A stretch of DNA of 33,327 bases, taken from NCBI GenBank assembly GCA_964542145.1, contig CAZITK010000002.1:1-33327 (forward strand), written 5' to 3'. The notes beneath the pieces were generated by a model. It had not been told where the DNA came from, searched no databases, and was given only the letters and a program-made list of their open reading frames with translations. Below, one piece after another: positions 27,938 through 33,327 of this stretch (its first letter is position 1; each line of letters begins with the position of its first letter). Made by a program: the position numbers and the translations under genes. The stretch comes from an uncultured Brevundimonas sp. (GTDB taxonomy: Bacteria > Pseudomonadota > Alphaproteobacteria > Caulobacterales > Caulobacteraceae).

Positions 27938-29301
27938 GCGAATGCTTCTTCGGACACGATCAACCCCCGCGGAACGGCGAACGGTCGGGCTCCTGCTTCC
28001 AGCTTCAATTCGCCGGGCGTGCGGCGCATCGCCAAGTGCCAAAGGTTCCACGCTTCCCAATAGGCTAGGCGCTCAAGGTTGATTCCCCCCGCTCCGTAAC
28101 CGCTATCGGGCGAACCGGTTAGAGAGTCGTCGCGCCACGCGCCCAAGATCAGAATTTGCGCCAGGTTGCCGACGCGGCGCGGGCCGAACAACGCAGCCAT
28201 ACGCCACCAGTACTCGCTGTCTGCTCCACTCAGAACCTCATGCATCAGCCCGGCCCGGCCCAAAACGGGGACACGTTCGAGCATCAGAGTGGACGGCGCC
28301 CATCGCACCAATGGCCACACGCCTCGCGCGCGGGGCCGCCCGTCGGCGTCGATCCTTACGCTGCGCCCGACTGAAGCGACGAGGCCTCGATCTATCATCG
28401 CCTGGCGCTGGACGCGAAGCCGATCGGGATGGGCCCACTCATCTGCGTCCTGAAAGGCGACCCACCGCCCTCTCGCCCGGGACAAAGCCCGGTTCCGCGC
28501 CACATAAGGGCCCGCGCGATGCGACTGCCGGATCAGGACCATCCGTGGGTCGTCGGCGGCCGCTTTCAGCGCGCAGGCCACGGTGTCATCCGTTGAAGCG
28601 TCATCGACGAGGAGAAATTCCAGATCTCGCCAGCCTTGGCCGAGCACCGAGCGCACAGCCGATCCGACATACCGCGCGGCATTCCTGACGGGCATGATGA
28701 CGCTGATCAGCTCTCCCCCACTGGGTTCGGCCGAAGCCGTGGCGTTATCCAGGAGAACAGCCTTGGCGTGGTCTCGAGGCTCGATAGGCGTCATGCCGCG
28801 CGTCGCGAAGGTGCCGGCCCACGCCGTGGCCGAGGTGCGACCGTCATTCTCCGCCCAAGCCATCAGCAGTCGGGATTCCGGGCACGCCGGAGCCGGCGAG
28901 GTTGTCACCGCTTGGGCCTGAAGCGCCAGGGCCAGGTGCAACGCTTCCTCTCGAACTGGACAGGCCGTCAGCGCAAGGGCGGGGTCGAGCGGCGCCAGGG
29001 CGAGGGCGAGGCGGCGGTTCGGGCGTGCGGCGCCGCATATACCCAAGCGTCGAGCATCATCGAGGGCCCCGGCGGCGAAATGGCTAATCACCGCCTCGGC
29101 CGGCCATCGGCGTTCCAACACCGGTTTCGCGAGAAAGCCCGCGCGGGCCTGGGCGTGTAGGCCGAGGCGCGATAGCGTCACGGGATCGTCTCGACCCCAA
29201 GCCAGTGCGGCGAGGCGTCGCCCCGAACGCGCCAGGGCGAGGCGCAGTGCGCGCGGCGCGTCGTCGGCGGCAAAGCCGTGCTGCGGGCCCAGAACCGACA
29301 A
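27934..29301 (-). CDS. Glycosyltransferase family 2 with Ala-rich helical N-terminal region
   Basis: ISVIMPVRN, VDDASTD, GPYVARN, FQDADEW (DxD), GADSEY. Confidence 0.88.
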   Translation of the reverse strand: MSVLGPQHGFAADDAPRALRLALARSGRRLAALAWGRDDPVTLSRLGLHAQARAGFLAKPVLERRWPAEAVISHFAAGALDDARRLGICGAARPNRRLALALAPLDPALALTACPVREEALHLALALQAQAVTTSPAPACPESRLLMAWAENDGRTSATAWAGTFATRGMTPIEPRDHAKAVLLDNATASAEPSGGELISVIMPVRNAARYVGSAVRSVLGQGWRDLEFLLVDDASTDDTVACALKAAADDPRMVLIRQSHRAGPYVARNRALSRARGRWVAFQDADEWAHPDRLRVQRQAMIDRGLVASVGRSVRIDADGRPRARGVWPLVRWAPSTLMLERVPVLGRAGLMHEVLSGADSEYWWRMAALFGPRRVGNLAQILILGAWRDDSLTGSPDSGYGAGGINLERLAYWEAWNLWHLAMRRTPGELKLEAGARPFAVPRGLIVSEEAFA

Positions 29302-29306
29302 GGGGA

Positions 29307-29726
29307 TTAGCGCCTCGCTGCAACCACGCGAAGCGGGGTTGGCGATGCGATGGACTCCTTGAGGAGCGTGGTGCTTATGCCCTCTGTACGCGGCAGATAG
29401 ACCACCTCACATATGTCGCTGAGTTCATCGAACCTTCCTTGCCAGTCGCCTCCCATGCCGAACACGCTGATGCCCAGTCTGGCGATGTCGTCGCGCTTCT
29501 GCCCCCAGTTTTCCTCCGGGATAACCTGATCGACGCAACGCAGAGCGCTCAAGATATGGGCGCGTTCCTCGAAACAGACAGTGGCGACCTTGTCCTTCTG
29601 TGCATTGAAAGCGTCGGTCGATACCGCCACCGTCAAATGGTCGCCCAGGGCGCGCAGCCGCTCCAACAGGCGAAGATGGCCCATGTGGAACAGATCGAAG
29701 GTTCCATAGGTGATGACCTTGCGCAT
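29307..29726 (-). CDS. tagD: Glycerol-3-phosphate cytidylyltransferase-like (TagD family)
   Basis: MRKVITYGTFDLFHMGH (HxGH), VSTDAFN, GGDWQGRFD, YLPRTEGISTT (RTEGISTT signature); GGAG RBS; 139 aa from ATG 29726. Confidence 0.9.
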   Translation of the reverse strand: MRKVITYGTFDLFHMGHLRLLERLRALGDHLTVAVSTDAFNAQKDKVATVCFEERAHILSALRCVDQVIPEENWGQKRDDIARLGISVFGMGGDWQGRFDELSDICEVVYLPRTEGISTTLLKESIASPTPLRVVAARR

Positions 29727-29752
29727 CGCTCTTCTCCATCCCGCCCCGTGCA

Positions 29753-29772
29753 GAGTCGGGGAATCAGGACTC
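29753..29772. promoter_or_regulatory. Cluster of three GANTC (CcrM-type) sites
   Basis: GAGTC 29753-57, GAATC 29761-65 and GACTC 29768-72, 27-46 bp upstream of the cytidylyltransferase start. The sites are directly visible; a regulatory role is inferred. Confidence 0.45.
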
Positions 29773-29851
29773 CCATACGCACCGCCCTGGGTGCGCGGCG
29801 AGCCGTCGCAGAAATCACATACAAGCGCAACGCTACCGATGCATGCGGCCG

Positions 29852-31459
29852 TCAGGCCTTTTCCTCCGTCTCGGCCGTCTCGGCGTCTTCTTCGGTCTCT
29901 CCCTCCTCGATCGTTTCGCCGTTCTCGGTGACCGGAACCGGCGCTTCCGAGGTCGGCTGCGGCTCCGTTTCGTCCCCGGCTTCGGCCTCCCCGCCAAGGA
30001 CACCGTCGAAAGCGATCTCGTCCAGCGGCGGCTCGTCTTCGAAAAGGGTGGGCGGCGCCGTAATTCGTCCGGCCAGGGTCGAATGCACCATGGCCTGCAC
30101 CAAGCGATCCTTCGGCCGAAGCCGCGCCAGCGCCTTGCCCACCTTGCGGAACTGCGGAACCTTTCCCTGAATGTGGTAGTCCAGAAGTTTGCAGTAGTAG
30201 TACCAAACGATCTCGCCCTCGCTGGTCACCACCATGTTCGGGGTGTCGACGAAGGTCTCAAACTCCGCATCGGGCTTCTCCCAGTTCCCGTAGTTCTCTC
30301 CGAGATATCGCGCGTAGTTGCGCGGGCCGCGATAGGTGTCGCCCAAGAAAGGAATGTCGATCAGGTCAAAGGCGCTGTTCCACCACTTGGACTTCATCCC
30401 CTCATGGATGATCAGACCATCTTCTTCGCGGTGCCAGAAGACATCAACCATTACGCCGGAGGCGTGCTGGACACGTAGAAGGCTGGGCACCTGGTAGGGC
30501 TTGACGGAAAAGCGGCCACTCTTGGAGAAGGCTGCCTCCAGGGCCCCCTTGTCCACGTCCGGGGTTTCCAGCACCCCGACATCGATGTCCTTGTCGTGGC
30601 CCAGAATGTCCCCCTCTCGCACTGCACCAAGAAGGGTGCCCGAGATCAGGAAGAACTCCACCCGCTGGCCGTCCATCACCGACTTCAGGTCCGTGAGCGT
30701 CCGACGGGCATCGGCGACCCAGGCGGGCTTGGGCGCGGCGGAGGGGGGACGATGGCCGAACGGAACCAACCGGGCCGCCGTCAGATAGCGCTGACGGATA
30801 GCCATCTCTGCCTGATCGTAGAGTTTGAGATCACGACACGCCATGGAGAAATGATAAAGGGCCGCGCGCGATCGGACGCCGGCGAAGCTGAAATAGGGAG
30901 CCAGAAAAGCGCGGAAGTCCGCCAGTGAGGCTTCATCAACGACCGTCTTGCGTAGGGCCCTTATGTCTTCCGTCGACCAGGGATCCTTGAAGGCGAGGCA
31001 TCGCTCCAGGATGCGCCGGGCTTCGTCATGGCTCCCGGCCAGGCAGAGGCATTCCGCCCAGAACCGGACGACCGTGCTGTATTGGGCCGTGGGCTTCTTG
31101 GAGAGAGGCAGCAGGACAATCGCCTCGGCGCAAGCCTGGGCGGCAAGGGCGTAGTCGCTGCGATAGTAAGCGAGATTTGCGGCTTGGAAGCGAGACTCGT
31201 GAGAGGGGCCTTCTTCGGCTTCAATCTCGGCCAGCGCCGAGAGCGCCTCGTCGGGACGACCGGCGCGTAGCAAGCTGTCGATTCTCCACGTTCTCAGTTG
31301 CAAGGACGCGTTTCCGCAGGCGAGCGCCTCCTCGGCGGCTTCAAGCGCCGTCAATCGATCGCCGCCGGCCACGGCGGCGCGCCAACGGGCCTGCGCGCCG
31401 GCAAGGGCGAGGTGCTGACGGATTGCGGGGCGGAGCGGGGGCGAGGCCAATTTCACCAT
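29852..31459 (-). CDS. TPR-containing LicD-family (nucleotidyltransferase-fold) phosphotransferase with acidic tail
   Basis: FFLISGTLLGAVREGDILGHDKDIDVG LicD signature, VDVFW, YLGENYGNWEKPD; helical TPR-like N-terminal half; E/D/T-rich C-terminus. Confidence 0.85.
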   Translation of the reverse strand: MVKLASPPLRPAIRQHLALAGAQARWRAAVAGGDRLTALEAAEEALACGNASLQLRTWRIDSLLRAGRPDEALSALAEIEAEEGPSHESRFQAANLAYYRSDYALAAQACAEAIVLLPLSKKPTAQYSTVVRFWAECLCLAGSHDEARRILERCLAFKDPWSTEDIRALRKTVVDEASLADFRAFLAPYFSFAGVRSRAALYHFSMACRDLKLYDQAEMAIRQRYLTAARLVPFGHRPPSAAPKPAWVADARRTLTDLKSVMDGQRVEFFLISGTLLGAVREGDILGHDKDIDVGVLETPDVDKGALEAAFSKSGRFSVKPYQVPSLLRVQHASGVMVDVFWHREEDGLIIHEGMKSKWWNSAFDLIDIPFLGDTYRGPRNYARYLGENYGNWEKPDAEFETFVDTPNMVVTSEGEIVWYYYCKLLDYHIQGKVPQFRKVGKALARLRPKDRLVQAMVHSTLAGRITAPPTLFEDEPPLDEIAFDGVLGGEAEAGDETEPQPTSEAPVPVTENGETIEEGETEEDAETAETEEKA

Positions 31460-31508
31460 GATCGGCCCATATCATCGGCGTGGCCGCGGGCGAAGTGGTC
31501 GTCGTCAT

Positions 31509-31536
31509 TTGGCGGACGATGTCGCGGAGCTATAAG
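31509..31536 (+). promoter_or_regulatory. Possible sigma70-type promoter for the second heparinase-family gene
   Basis: TTGGCG-N14-GCTATAAG resembles the Caulobacter housekeeping consensus (TTGACG...GCTANA); it lies in the divergent intergenic gap. Confidence 0.35.
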
Positions 31537-31582
31537 GACAAGCGGGCCGTTAATCCTGCGGACCCCACAGCTTGAGCTTCCC

Positions 31583-33283
31583 TTGATCCTAACCCACCGC
31601 CAAGCCCTGTGCGGGGCCTTTCGCGATCCGGTCGTCAAGGCCCGTGATGCATTGCAGAATGGGTGGCAGGCGCGCGCCGATGTCACGCCCCATCGTCTCG
31701 ATCTTCCCATCGATTGGCTGGCCGACCCCTTCCAGGATCGCAACTGGCGATTTCAGCTGAATGCCTGGCGGCCGCTCGACGTCATGGTCACGGCTCACTC
31801 CCAGTCCGGCGATGATATCTGGCTGGAACGGTTGGTCGAACGCATGATCGACTGGGCTGCGTTCGAAGCCGATCATTCCTCGGCGCTGGAGCTGTGGAAC
31901 GACATGGGCTCGGGGCTCAGAGCAGCCAAGCTGGCCTATGTGATCAGCCAGCCGGGCTTTGCTCGCCCGCAGTTCGACGATCGTCGCATCGCGGTGGTGG
32001 ATCTGGCGCGGCGCCACCTCGCCAGGTTGCGGGATAAGAATTTCATCGGCGACAGCAATCATGGCTTGTTCCAGGTTCACGGCACGATGGCTCTGGCCAA
32101 GGTCATGCCAGACGTCCCGGAAGCCGAGGGCGCGGAGGCCTATGCCGAGGACATTTTCAACAGTCTCCTGGATCGCCAGTTCTGCGCCGACGGCATGCAT
32201 TTGGAGCATTCTCCCGGTTATCACCTCTTCGCCCTGAAGACGGTGGAGCGCCTCCTTGCCAGCGGCTGGTATGACGGCATGGGTCATGTCCAAGATGTCG
32301 TGACGCTTGCCCGCGACAATCTTCGATGGCTGACTTTTCCGGACGGCTGCCTGTCAGCCATCGGAGATTCAGGGCGGACCCCCGTCACGATTCGTCGCCG
32401 GCCGGCTCCTGCCGGCGGGATATCCGCGAAGCTCTTCCAACACGCGGGCTACGCCGTGGTGCGAACCACGCGAGGAACGCCGGCGGCGGAGTCCTCCATG
32501 CTTCTCGTCACGGGAGCGCACCATTCCAATGTGCACAAGCATGCCGATGAATTGTCGTTCGAACTCTACGACCGTGGTCGTTTCGTAATCGTCGACACGG
32601 GGAAATATACCTATTCCAAGAAGGCCTGGCGTGATTTCACAGACGGCGCCTCGGCTCACAACGCCGTCGATCTGATCGCTGAGCGAACCGACAATGGTGT
32701 TCGACGCACGGCGCCCGCCGGAAATGTCCTGACTCGACTGGGCCTGGCCCCATGGGGATGGGTTATTGAGGGGGCGATCGATCGGCCGGGGTGGGGCGTA
32801 AGTCATCACCGAACCTTCCTGTACCGGCCAGGGGAGTGGCTGGTGCTGCTGGACCGGATTGCCGCGACCGAGCCCCGCGAAGTCACCGCATGGCTGCATC
32901 TCGCGCCGGAGTTGACGGCTCGGCGCTCGGGCGCGGGTTTTGTGTTCGACGGCGGCGCTGTGACGTACGCCGCGTCGTGTCCTTTCGCTCTGACCAGGCA
33001 GAGAGGCGTCATCGAGCCCCGCATCCAGGGGTGGGTTTCGACGGGCTATCATCGCCGACAGGCGAATGACGCCTTGGGATTGACGGCTGTCGGCGCCGGC
33101 TTGAGCCTGGCCTCCGTGATTTCCCTGGACCCTGCCGTTGCGCCCCAGGTCTCTTTCAATGCCGATCAGGCGAACGTGGCTTGGGGCGACCAGTTGCTGA
33201 TCGCGGCCAACGCCATCCAGGACCGAATTCAGGATCGATCAAGCTGGTCGGTCTCTCGCGCGAAGCGTGCTCTAACCTCCTAG
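31583..33283 (+). CDS. Heparinase II/III family protein (second paralogue)
   Basis: DPFQDRNWRFQL, WNDMGSGLR, SNHGLFQ, HLEHSPGYH, IGDS, HKHADELSF, DTGKYTY, AHNAV. Start uncertain; TTG 31583 chosen because the track start (31298) overlaps the divergent gene. Confidence 0.87.
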   Translation: MILTHRQALCGAFRDPVVKARDALQNGWQARADVTPHRLDLPIDWLADPFQDRNWRFQLNAWRPLDVMVTAHSQSGDDIWLERLVERMIDWAAFEADHSSALELWNDMGSGLRAAKLAYVISQPGFARPQFDDRRIAVVDLARRHLARLRDKNFIGDSNHGLFQVHGTMALAKVMPDVPEAEGAEAYAEDIFNSLLDRQFCADGMHLEHSPGYHLFALKTVERLLASGWYDGMGHVQDVVTLARDNLRWLTFPDGCLSAIGDSGRTPVTIRRRPAPAGGISAKLFQHAGYAVVRTTRGTPAAESSMLLVTGAHHSNVHKHADELSFELYDRGRFVIVDTGKYTYSKKAWRDFTDGASAHNAVDLIAERTDNGVRRTAPAGNVLTRLGLAPWGWVIEGAIDRPGWGVSHHRTFLYRPGEWLVLLDRIAATEPREVTAWLHLAPELTARRSGAGFVFDGGAVTYAASCPFALTRQRGVIEPRIQGWVSTGYHRRQANDALGLTAVGAGLSLASVISLDPAVAPQVSFNADQANVAWGDQLLIAANAIQDRIQDRSSWSVSRAKRALTS

Positions 33284-33327
33284 GACATGCACGGCGATGC
33301 CGCCATTTGAGCCAGCGTGTGGCTGCG

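Noticed and set aside
29727-30206. N-terminal extension making the cytidylyltransferase 299 aa
   Set aside because: It overlaps the LicD gene in another frame; an RBS and the family N-terminus point to ATG 29726.
31298-31582. N-terminal extension of the second heparinase-family ORF
   Set aside because: It overlaps the divergent LicD start and a promoter-like motif; the true start is probably near 31583.
33214-33238. Short tandem duplication encoding IQDRIQDR
   Set aside because: Only two imperfect 12-bp units; too small to support any function.
1-33327. CRISPR arrays, tRNA/rRNA genes, transposases, integrases or phage genes
   Set aside because: No regularly spaced direct repeats, cloverleaf or rRNA signatures, or mobile-element protein motifs were seen by eye.

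Overview
GC-rich alphaproteobacterial chromosomal window; gene content and regulatory motifs suggest Caulobacteraceae (Brevundimonas-like), which is an inference. The left ~18.6 kb is largely housekeeping: a large NAD-glutamate dehydrogenase running off the left edge (absent from the ORF track), an AI-2E transporter, a DUF853/HerA-like ATPase, Lhr-core helicase plus PdeM nuclease divergent from a DinG helicase, DUF2125, a degenerate chorismate-mutase-like gene, hisC, a small lipoprotein, phbB, a DUF4908-like gene and a divergent polysaccharide deacetylase. The right ~14.7 kb is a surface-glycan locus: TPR-LicD phosphotransferase, TagD-like cytidylyltransferase, GT2, wecB, wecC, GT4, two heparinase II/III-family paralogues, a 797-aa apparent pseudo-enzyme fusion and a methyltransferase. 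The most notable signals not explained by genes are (1) a candidate sigma32-driven three-hairpin sRNA with two C-rich anti-Shine-Dalgarno loops at ~3089-3206, (2) a 149-bp palindromic repeat element read in frame inside the Lhr helicase, (3) a LexA-type box between the divergent helicase genes, and (4) three GANTC sites within 20 bp upstream of the cytidylyltransferase. All calls come from reading motifs by eye; no database searches were run.
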